DNA from: a virus
Direction: 5' to 3' (one strand)
DNA: 38,839 nt
Virus record (IMG/VR): IMGVR_UViG_3300028840_001067
Coordinates: 1 to 38,839 of that record
The notes under the pieces were generated by a model. The model was not told where the DNA came from, searched no databases, and saw only the letters and a list, made by a program, of their open reading frames with translations. Shown here in pieces: positions 32,322 through 38,839 of this stretch (position 1 is the first letter of the stretch; each line of letters starts with the position of its first letter). The position numbers were made by a program, and so were the translations under genes.

Positions 32322-33113
32322 ATGAAACGTGAAACGCTGGTTAGGTTGTTTATTTTAGTAGTTATCGCAGGCTTGTTATTATTTGGACAGGAAGCACCGA
32401 TGATAAAGTTAGGACATCAATATAACACTAACTTCATTGTAGCTGAGGAAGATGTGAAGGAAGCCTTGAGGGAGTACATGCAGGAGAACCCTACACTGGT
32501 TAAAACGCTACGGGGTGCGCAGGACGCTAAGCTCGTAGCTTTCGTAGCACTAATAGCTGAGATTGAGACAGGCCCTTTTATAAATAAAAACATACGTACA
32601 ACTTACCAGCCCGAAGCAGGTAGTAGTGCTTGGGGTAAGTGGCAAATAACAATGGGACTACTAGAGAATGTGATAGAGGGGGGTCATGTAGATTTTACTG
32701 TCAAAGAAATGCGAGCTATAGAAAAGCTGTTAGAGCGTCAAGGTGTAGCTCTATTGGTAGGTGGTAGAGATAGGAAGCTGTATGAATTTACAGGTGAGTA
32801 TTATGCTATGGCTGATTATTGGGCTGAGTTGTATGGGTATGAATCAGTTGATGCTTTCTTAGATGATTTCGATTACGGTGGTACACTAGGCCTAGCAAAT
32901 GATAAAGAGTTTCTAGCTCTTTACACTTCGGTAGCTAAGAAGCTTTTAGCTTTAACTCTTAAACAGGCTGATGGTGATTTAGTTGAAGCGGCTGGTATTT
33001 GGTATGGCGGGTTAGGTAATAGGGGTCCTAAGATAGAGAAGTATAAAGAGAAATTTAGCAGATTACTAGAGGACAAATATAGTGGGTTCATTAACAAGAG
33101 CAAGGTACACTAA
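32322..33113 (+). CDS. Membrane-anchored lytic-transglycosylase-like protein (endolysin candidate)
   Basis: 263 aa. N-terminal TM LVRLFILVVIAGLLLFG. SLT-like motif series ALIAEIETG ... SAWGKWQIT ... AAGIWYGGLGN (compare ES ... GLMQI ... AYNAGxG). AAGGA SD. Confidence 0.45.
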   Translation: MKRETLVRLFILVVIAGLLLFGQEAPMIKLGHQYNTNFIVAEEDVKEALREYMQENPTLVKTLRGAQDAKLVAFVALIAEIETGPFINKNIRTTYQPEAGSSAWGKWQITMGLLENVIEGGHVDFTVKEMRAIEKLLERQGVALLVGGRDRKLYEFTGEYYAMADYWAELYGYESVDAFLDDFDYGGTLGLANDKEFLALYTSVAKKLLALTLKQADGDLVEAAGIWYGGLGNRGPKIEKYKEKFSRLLEDKYSGFINKSKVH

Positions 33114-34179
33114 AGACCAGTGGCATGAGGTAGTAGCTGGTGCTATCATCACACAGTTCACTCATGTCTTAGGAGCTAGCCGTGTTGTATTCACACAAGC
33201 GGCAGCCTCTACCACACCCGAGAGTCCATTCTCATCTACAGTCCCTATCATCAAAGAGACCAATCACATAGGTGACAGTGTTTACTTCTCTGACGTTCCA
33301 TTAGGCGAAAGTATATATTTCTATCCTATCCATGCTGATGTAGAATTGACAATAGCTAAGGACCGTTCAGCAACTTCTAAAAATCATGCATTATCTAAGG
33401 TGTTCCAACACACCTACCCTACCAACCTAGACCAAAGCCTACAGCACATAGACGGGGTAGAGTTAGATTACTTATACGGACGTAACTTACAGATAGATGC
33501 ATCAGACCCTGAGAGGGCTGTGTGGTCTTTCGGTGATGATGATATATCACCAAGGGCTGATTTAAAAACCTTTCCTACTGTATCCGGTAACTTCTACATA
33601 GCATCTTCTAACGCTCTTGATACATCTGTAGAGTTTACATGCAGTACTATAGATGCGTCAGGTAATAGGGTGGTTCTTACGGCCACCACGGACGCGACTA
33701 ACGGGCAGACGCCTGTACTCTTTGGGACAGGACTGGATATTAACTTTGTGTTTATGTCTGGCGATGACCAAGAGAATTTAGGTGAAGTGTACTTTACAAA
33801 TGATGGGAACTTTACAGCAGGTAGACCAGACACACCTAGCTCCGTACTGTGTCACGTACCAATAGGATACGGCTGTTCACCCCAAGCTATATTAAAAGTA
33901 CCTGCTGGTAAGAAGTGTGTATTCGAGAATGTTACTGTGGGTATATCTAGGGATAGTGGTGCTGGCGGCAGTGGTGTATTGCATTGTAATGTAAAGCAGG
34001 CAGGACGTAGTTATGTAGTTGCTGAGGAGTGGCACTTACAAACAGGACCACCCTCTCAGTTTGATGTACGTAACTTAGTGTTTGGACCAGAGAGTGAGCT
34101 GTACTTTTCTCTGTTTAGTGTGTCAGATACTAATACGAACGTATCAGTGAAAGTGTTGTTTTACTATGTCGATGTATAA
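33082..34179 (+). CDS. Beta-rich hypothetical protein, last gene of the late arm (possible receptor-binding or virion accessory protein)
   Basis: 365 aa. GTG start with GAGGA 8 nt upstream. T/S/G/V-rich. Followed by a terminator hairpin. Confidence 0.6.
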   Translation: MGSLTRARYTKDQWHEVVAGAIITQFTHVLGASRVVFTQAAASTTPESPFSSTVPIIKETNHIGDSVYFSDVPLGESIYFYPIHADVELTIAKDRSATSKNHALSKVFQHTYPTNLDQSLQHIDGVELDYLYGRNLQIDASDPERAVWSFGDDDISPRADLKTFPTVSGNFYIASSNALDTSVEFTCSTIDASGNRVVLTATTDATNGQTPVLFGTGLDINFVFMSGDDQENLGEVYFTNDGNFTAGRPDTPSSVLCHVPIGYGCSPQAILKVPAGKKCVFENVTVGISRDSGAGGSGVLHCNVKQAGRSYVVAEEWHLQTGPPSQFDVRNLVFGPESELYFSLFSVSDTNTNVSVKVLFYYVDV

Positions 34180-34184
34180 AGAGG

Positions 34185-34206
34185 GGAGGCGTAAAGCCTC
34201 CTTATT
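34185..34206. terminator. Hairpin terminator between the convergent arms
   Basis: GGAGGC-gtaaa-GCCTCC followed by TTATT. It lies between the stops at 34179 (+) and 34205 (-). Confidence 0.6.
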
Positions 34207-34402
34207 AGAACTCTTCTTTAGGTACATACTTAACATTGATATTGTTCCCGTCTATCTCTACGAGAGAAGAAGCAGGTACATCTAATGTGCAGTTGTTACC
34301 CACACGTCCATACATCTCTTGGCACTTCATGTGGAATGTCACCCTATCCATGTTTACACAACCAGATAGAAGTAGTGTTGCTGTTATGATTAGTACTCTC
34401 AT
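34205..34402 (-). CDS. Small lipoprotein (Llp-like superinfection-exclusion or o-spanin-like candidate)
   Basis: 65 aa. Signal plus lipobox MRVLIITATLLLSG|C. The mature part has two more Cys residues. Confidence 0.7.
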   Translation of the reverse strand: MRVLIITATLLLSGCVNMDRVTFHMKCQEMYGRVGNNCTLDVPASSLVEIDGNNINVKYVPKEEF

Positions 34403-34410
34403 CTCTTACC

Positions 34411-34749
34411 CTACCATGTCTTGATAATGTCTCTGAAGTTATCCAAGTCACTCACGCTACTGACGTCCTTGAAGTCAGTTTTAGTTGACGTAGATAGAGC
34501 ATCAGCCAATGTTCTAATGTAAGTCCCCTGCTCACCTGAAGGTGAGGGACCAGTGATGTTTTTAAATATATAGTTCCTGATTACAGCGCTATGCAAATCT
34601 TTTCTTGCTTTGTTTAAATCAGATGCACTGAAACTTTCGTCCCAAGCCTCCCCGCTGTAGTCAAAGGACACAATGGAGTTACCAAGCTTAGCACCTAGTA
34701 GCAGGCCCTTCTGACCTACCATAGTTCCCATGAAAAATTCTACTTGCAT
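34411..34749 (-). CDS. Hypothetical protein (112 aa from ATG 34749)
   Basis: GAGGTGG lies 6 nt upstream of the ATG. The track start 34764 is a TTG overlapping the upstream stop. Confidence 0.6.
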   Translation of the reverse strand: MQVEFFMGTMVGQKGLLLGAKLGNSIVSFDYSGEAWDESFSASDLNKARKDLHSAVIRNYIFKNITGPSPSGEQGTYIRTLADALSTSTKTDFKDVSSVSDLDNFRDIIKTW

Positions 34750-34760
34750 ATTAATCCACC

Positions 34761-35963
34761 TCAATCCAATGTATAAACTTTAGGACGTATGTTCACATGC
34801 GTGCCGCTAACAGCATTAGCTAACATGTCCTTAACTTCTTCCACTGTTATACGTTCTCTACCCTTCTCCCCGTAGGTTTTAGAGCGGAGTACACACGTAA
34901 GGAAAGAGGAGCTAAGGAAACCAGCGTCATGTGCCCATGCATCACTAGGTGCTAGGTTGTTAAAGCACTCCACTATAACACCCCCTAATTCCTTATGAGC
35001 AAACGCATGATGTAAGTGGCCTATATCGACATACTTATACTGCGCTTCACCGAAGTCCTGTCTAAACTTAGTAGCCATAACTTCAACAAGTCTCTTAGGC
35101 TGACACTTATCAGAGTGATGGGACATAACAAAGGTATTACCCATACGGTAGGCTGTATAAACGCAAGTATTATCGAGTATGGTTAGACGTGGTTCTTTCT
35201 CATAGAGATTTTGTAGTAGTTCCACCATCCAGAAATCGTTAGCCCTGCTATGATTCCCTTGGTTGATGATGACATCCACATACTTAAACTTAGATAAAGC
35301 ATACTCTACGATAGAGCGCATGATACGAGTATAGATATGTACCATCTTACGGTAGCGTGTATCTATATCTAGGTCATGCCCAGACATAGCCGTCTTGCCT
35401 ACTACATTCTCATAGTGAGTAAAGTCACCCATGTCCTGAATAACACACCGCTCGTACTTACCTACTGCCACTCTATCCATAAGCGCGTGAAGGGCCTTAC
35501 ATAACTCTGCCTCTGCTATCTTCAAGTCGAAGTTGTGGCCTGTCTCTTTACTGTAAGCAAGCATACCTATGTGAGCGTCACCGATATTAAACCAAGGAAC
35601 TATGTCTGTATTAGCACCTTTAATCTGAGGACTGGTGGTAGGTTTAATTTTAGGTAGCTCCTCCATCATAGCATCGATAGCTATCTGCATTAACTTGAGA
35701 CGCTGCTCAGCGCTGAAGCTGCGCTTAACCCATCGTAGTTTTTTATCTCCTACATCATCCTCTAGTGTGGATGTACCACTAAGTGAGCCAGCACTCTTTC
35801 GAATACGGGCTAGTGTCATATGAATATTACGCTCACTAATACCTAATAGCTCACCAGTTTTAGCTGCACTCTGTCCATTATCTAAATGTGCTTGTAAGAT
35901 CTCCCTTTGTCTATCGGTCGTACAAGCCTCCATAAACAAGGGGTCGTTATAATCTATCTTCAC
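34761..35963 (-). CDS. HTH (sigma-70 region 4 / LuxR-like) fused to a calcineurin-like metallophosphoesterase
   Basis: 400 aa, GTG start with GGAG 6 nt upstream. N-terminal HTH TDRQREILQAHLDNGQSAAKTGELLGISERNIHMTLARIRKS. Phosphoesterase motifs GDAHIG, QDMGDFTH, NQGNHS, SHHSD and GHLHH occur in canonical order. Confidence 0.7.
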   Translation of the reverse strand: MKIDYNDPLFMEACTTDRQREILQAHLDNGQSAAKTGELLGISERNIHMTLARIRKSAGSLSGTSTLEDDVGDKKLRWVKRSFSAEQRLKLMQIAIDAMMEELPKIKPTTSPQIKGANTDIVPWFNIGDAHIGMLAYSKETGHNFDLKIAEAELCKALHALMDRVAVGKYERCVIQDMGDFTHYENVVGKTAMSGHDLDIDTRYRKMVHIYTRIMRSIVEYALSKFKYVDVIINQGNHSRANDFWMVELLQNLYEKEPRLTILDNTCVYTAYRMGNTFVMSHHSDKCQPKRLVEVMATKFRQDFGEAQYKYVDIGHLHHAFAHKELGGVIVECFNNLAPSDAWAHDAGFLSSSFLTCVLRSKTYGEKGRERITVEEVKDMLANAVSGTHVNIRPKVYTLD

Positions 35964-35997
35964 GGGGTACTCCTTAAGTGATTTAAAGTGTATTATT

Positions 35998-37080
35998 CTA
36001 CTCGTTAATATGCAGGCTGACTTCCCTAGCTATATCAGCTAAGTACTTACCTAGTGTGTCGTTCTCTACAACTACAGTTTTAACACCATCAACGTTAACA
36101 TAGTCGCGGCTGTCACCTTCAAAAGTGCAGCCGTCTCTCCTGATATGAACAATCAGTATATTTTTAATACCTACTTTATCAGCTAGTGGTTGTATTTCAT
36201 CAGGGAAACCGCCATCACTGAAGAACACCAACCCTTCAGGTAGGGCATACGCTGCTAGTTTACCAAATGTATTATCACCAAAAGTCGGCTTAATGACATT
36301 CTCTGATACATGGATAAGGGCGTCACGCTTGGATAGGCATATATCTCCCAGTGTGTACATAGGGAGGTCTTTAACCCAGACACACGCAGACTCTTCGTAT
36401 GTCTTGTCATCACACTTATCATCATAATGCTTTAAGAAATCCTCTACTGCTATCCCGAGAAAATCAGCAGTGAGTTTAATCAAAGATGTTTTCATTGACG
36501 CATGTGTGCCATTGAAGTATTCACAGCAAAACGATGTAGCTAAGTCTTTACCTGAACGAGCGGGCCCATTGAATATTACAACTTTATTAGGTGTATCTTT
36601 TTTAGGTAGGCCCACAGCAGGTCCCTCCTCTAAATCTAACTCTATTTGTTTAGGTCCACCTACATACACCACCTCTATATGAGGGTAGTGCTCTCGGATG
36701 TAATCACATACGTCAGCATCATCATCAACCCATTTAACTACCTCGTCGTAATGTGTGTCTATCCACGCATATTTGAATTCAACAGGGTGACGGCAGTCGT
36801 TTGTATCGCGTTCTATGATGGCGTGCGGTTGATAAAGACACATGTCTACTAGCCAGTGTCTAGTCCCAAACTGTGAACTAGTTAATATAAATACCTCCGC
36901 CAATGCCTCCTCTATATCTTCTTCATAGTATTCACATGTGGGCAGCTTCCCCCCATCCCTGTTAACAGCTACCTGCCACTTCAACCAGCTCTCTGTTTTA
37001 GATTTATCTTCAGGTATAAGATGGTCAGCACAGCTAGAATCTCGTAGTGTTCCATCTAAATCGTATACAATAATTTTCAT
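35998..37080 (-). CDS. Fusion of a HAD-superfamily phosphatase with a P-loop deoxynucleoside-monophosphate-kinase-like domain
   Basis: About 360 aa from ATG 37080 (ATGA overlap with the upstream ORF; the 26 extra track residues overlap it). HAD motifs IVYDLDGTLRD, FILTSS and WVDDDAD. The C-terminal half has VVIFNGPARSGKD and an overall layout like T4 gp1. Confidence 0.6.
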   Translation of the reverse strand: MKIIVYDLDGTLRDSSCADHLIPEDKSKTESWLKWQVAVNRDGGKLPTCEYYEEDIEEALAEVFILTSSQFGTRHWLVDMCLYQPHAIIERDTNDCRHPVEFKYAWIDTHYDEVVKWVDDDADVCDYIREHYPHIEVVYVGGPKQIELDLEEGPAVGLPKKDTPNKVVIFNGPARSGKDLATSFCCEYFNGTHASMKTSLIKLTADFLGIAVEDFLKHYDDKCDDKTYEESACVWVKDLPMYTLGDICLSKRDALIHVSENVIKPTFGDNTFGKLAAYALPEGLVFFSDGGFPDEIQPLADKVGIKNILIVHIRRDGCTFEGDSRDYVNVDGVKTVVVENDTLGKYLADIAREVSLHINE

Positions 37081-37313
37081 TTGAATATCGCCTTTAATAT
37101 TAAATGCATAGCGCTGTACTCTAGCCAACGCTCGTGTCCCTGCTCTACATATATACACGTAGTCATATGACTACTTAGCTCAAACTGCACCTTAGTAAAC
37201 CTCGTGGGCACTGGGTAGTACGTACTGTAGTCAGTTAGAGTCACGTGTTCTGGCACGCCATCTACATGACGCCACTTGTGTGTCCCGTCCTTAAAGATGA
37301 AGAGTCTATCCAT
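37077..37313 (-). CDS. Hypothetical protein
   Basis: 78 aa. AGGAAG lies upstream. Its stop overlaps the next ATG. Confidence 0.55.
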   Translation of the reverse strand: MDRLFIFKDGTHKWRHVDGVPEHVTLTDYSTYYPVPTRFTKVQFELSSHMTTCIYVEQGHERWLEYSAMHLILKAIFK

Positions 37314-37325
37314 TTCTTGTACTTC

Positions 37326-37649
37326 CTATTTACATACCACCACAATACCACTGCTCAGTTCTATCTCTGTCCCTGATTCAGTGCACTTCTCAGCGAAGAT
37401 TTCAAGGATATACTTAGCAGTGTCTACACCGCCATATGTATAACCTATGCGCTGCCCCCTAGTCAGGCCCTCTGAGTAGGCCTGCGTTAAAGCCTCATCG
37501 TAATCACCTTGAGGTATACATATAGGGTTGCGGGGGTCATATGTTTCAGCATCAACATCTGCTACCACCATAAGCGCGGCTACAGCTAATGCTATAATGC
37601 ACCCTGTTTTAATTATCACTTTGTCCATACTTCTTCTCCAAGTGTTCAT
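37326..37649 (-). CDS. Secreted or membrane-anchored small protein
   Basis: 107 aa (100 aa from the internal ATG 37628). Hydrophobic signal/anchor CIIALAVAALMVVADVDA. Confidence 0.55.
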   Translation of the reverse strand: MNTWRRSMDKVIIKTGCIIALAVAALMVVADVDAETYDPRNPICIPQGDYDEALTQAYSEGLTRGQRIGYTYGGVDTAKYILEIFAEKCTESGTEIELSSGIVVVCK

Positions 37650-38190
37650 TGAATATTGCTACACGCTCAGCAGGGTTCTTTCCTTGCTTGAGGTTTAAAG
37701 TAGCAAGTGTTTCATTTTGTTTAGTAGCTTTAAGCTTACCAAATTCAATACGTTCTCTCTCCTTTGGTACGGCGTCCAACGTACATCCTAACTTCTGACT
37801 AAGGGTTACATCAGCGTGACATGTCTTACATAGCTCCCTGATATCCTCGAAGGTTACAAATAGCATACGTTCTTGCCACTCAAGAAACTCTTCGTAGTTA
37901 TCAAAGCCTACACCACCATGTATGTGGTCCACCTCTAACCAACTAGGTGGATACCACTGCTTACACATCTCACATTCCCTAAGCCTCTTAGTGCGCACTG
38001 TTAGTGCACAGCCTATAGGTAGGTGTAAGGCACTTGCTGCTACAGGTGTGGATGTTTCTCGCTGAGCTACATACCTGTGCTTAATGGGGTGCCTACTCCA
38101 TATCCTACGTATCTGCCCTCGCAGCCAGTTGAGATATTGCTTCTCCCCTTTCCATAAGTCAGGTACGTCTTTCCACGGTTTACCTACCAT
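37609..38190 (-). CDS. HNH endonuclease
   Basis: 193 aa. CEMC...EVDHIHGG...N...LCKTCH forms a CxxC/CxxCH zinc-plus-HNH motif. GGAGGG SD. Confidence 0.7.
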   Translation of the reverse strand: MVGKPWKDVPDLWKGEKQYLNWLRGQIRRIWSRHPIKHRYVAQRETSTPVAASALHLPIGCALTVRTKRLRECEMCKQWYPPSWLEVDHIHGGVGFDNYEEFLEWQERMLFVTFEDIRELCKTCHADVTLSQKLGCTLDAVPKERERIEFGKLKATKQNETLATLNLKQGKNPAERVAIFNEHLEKKYGQSDN

Positions 38191-38723
38191 ACTTTCCCTC
38201 CATCCTCTTGTCTAGCTTTACGCTGGTGGTCAGGACGTATAAGGTTATACTCCATCTTCTCTATGATGATGCGTTGAATAGGGAACCCTCTATCCTCTGC
38301 TGCTTCATAGGCCATCACAACTAAGCGTTGTAATTGATAAGCACTCACTTCATTACCACGATGTAGCCACACATCACCAAGTAACATAAACATCGAAGCT
38401 AGACGCTCACTCATTAGCTGTTGGTATTTGTAATGAGTCTCTAACTTATCAGGCCATTCAGCTCCTAAGATACTTAGTGTATCCAGTCCACGTATCACTA
38501 CATCCGCCAGCTCAGTAGCTATCATTGGGTATTGCGGTAGCTTATCGTCCATCAATCCCCTACGTAATCCAGTAGTAGCTTCTCCTAACTCCTCACCGAG
38601 TAGGATGACATCTTGTGCAAATGTGCGGGGCTTATCTCTCCACCCCATGTACAAGTTCTGTTGTGCTACTGTCGGTTGTAAGTCCTTTAAGAAAGCAATC
38701 AATTCCATACTTAATCTTCCCAT
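38184..38723 (-). CDS. mazG: MazG-like nucleoside triphosphate pyrophosphohydrolase
   Basis: 179 aa (174 aa from ATG 38708). LLGEELGEATTGLRRG...ATELADVVIRGL matches the MazG EExxE...E..D helix pattern. The start lies in the terminal overlap. Confidence 0.7.
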   Translation of the reverse strand: MGRLSMELIAFLKDLQPTVAQQNLYMGWRDKPRTFAQDVILLGEELGEATTGLRRGLMDDKLPQYPMIATELADVVIRGLDTLSILGAEWPDKLETHYKYQQLMSERLASMFMLLGDVWLHRGNEVSAYQLQRLVVMAYEAAEDRGFPIQRIIIEKMEYNLIRPDHQRKARQEDGGKVW

Positions 38724-38839
38724 TTGTTTTTTAAGGTTAACGTCTCACCTTCAGTTAGTGGTTTAAAATCACCCTGCATCCACGTACAACTCAACTGGCC
38801 CATTGTATACCTAGTGTCGTTAGACCATAGTACAAACCC
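38696..38839. repeat. Terminal overlap copy 2: identical to 1-144
   Basis: Same 144 bases as the window start. Confidence 0.95.

Noticed and set aside
2076-36852. Many track ORFs lie antisense to, or are nested out of frame within, long well-supported genes. Examples: 2076-2321+, 2374-2871+, 2456-2659-, 3122-3352+, 3575-3841+, 3636-3893-, 4406-4735+, 5328-5597+, 5634-5825+, 8788-8982+, 10171-10368+, 14595-14894-, 15054-15293-, 15648-15869-, 15973-16185-, 17125-17325-, 17490-17942-, 17870-18052+, 18006-18266-, 19161-19349-, 21012-21215-, 23704-24057-, 24483-24731-, 26047-26421-, 26745-27095-, 27585-27926-, 28027-28290-, 28426-28650-, 29329-29676-, 31117-31302-, 31842-32072-, 32921-33103-, 33594-33833-, 34236-34424+, 35635-35823+, 36470-36682+, 36646-36852+.
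   Set aside because: Each is fully embedded in a longer ORF with recognisable motifs or consistent operon context. They lack SD sequences, often start at non-ATG codons, have low-complexity S/L/P/C-rich translations typical of antisense frames, and break the strict two-arm strand organisation.
35998-37158. N-terminal extensions given by the ORF track: 26 extra residues on the HAD-kinase ORF, 10791-11129, 1816-2028, 24683 start, 34764 start, 8705 start, 13372 start, 303 start
   Set aside because: The extended starts are mostly non-ATG codons, lack an SD, or overlap the upstream gene extensively. Internal ATGs with good SDs or ATGA/TGATG coupling give gapless, non-overlapping gene strings.
1-38839. 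Lysogeny module (integrase, repressor, excisionase, att), transposase or other mobile element, tRNA or rRNA genes
   Set aside because: No ORF shows tyrosine or serine recombinase or DDE motifs. The non-coding regions show no cloverleaf-compatible segments by eye. The gene content is that of a strictly lytic phage.

Overview
The window is a complete tailed-phage genome of about 38.7 kb. Bases 1-144 are identical to 38696-38839, so the contig closes on itself (unique length 38,695 bp). Gene content matches a lytic T7-supergroup-like podovirus: family A DNA polymerase, separate primase and gp4/DnaB-type helicase, FEN-type 5'-3' exonuclease, SSB-like protein, T7-type portal, scaffold, capsid, adaptor/nozzle, internal ejection proteins and tail fibre. 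I see no phage RNA polymerase, integrase or tRNA. Two transcription arms diverge from a 1.2 kb non-coding region (11741-12917) and converge on a hairpin terminator at about 34.19 kb. The minus arm runs 12006 -> 1 and continues 38723 -> 34205 across the contig junction; it carries early and DNA/nucleotide-metabolism genes. The plus arm (12918 -> 34179) carries packaging, head, tail, ejection and lysis-like genes. Main findings: (1) Two non-coding arrays (12339-12644 and 19670-19987) each hold about nine different stem-loops separated by a conserved ATATAGTA-type linker. Five hairpin modules are shared between the arrays, reshuffled, and two have reverse-complemented loops. The arrays lie in the leaders of the packaging and capsid operons and bracket the terS-to-scaffold module. 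(2) There is a clear R67/DfrB-type (type II, trimethoprim-insensitive) dihydrofolate reductase homologue. (3) A textbook bacterial SSB C-terminal tip (DFPFDDDIPW) is encoded out of frame just past the stop of the SSB-like gene and ends at an intrinsic terminator. (4) There are two unusual fusions, HAD phosphatase plus dNMP kinase and HTH plus metallophosphoesterase, together with MazG. (5) An early protein carries (NSGxx)n pentapeptide-like repeats encoded by a 15-bp tandem DNA repeat. (6) Other candidates are a u-spanin-like lipoprotein, an Llp-like lipoprotein, a GNAT between terminase and portal, and several tightly coupled small ORFs below the ORF-track cutoff. All functional calls come from motif reading by eye; no database search was possible.
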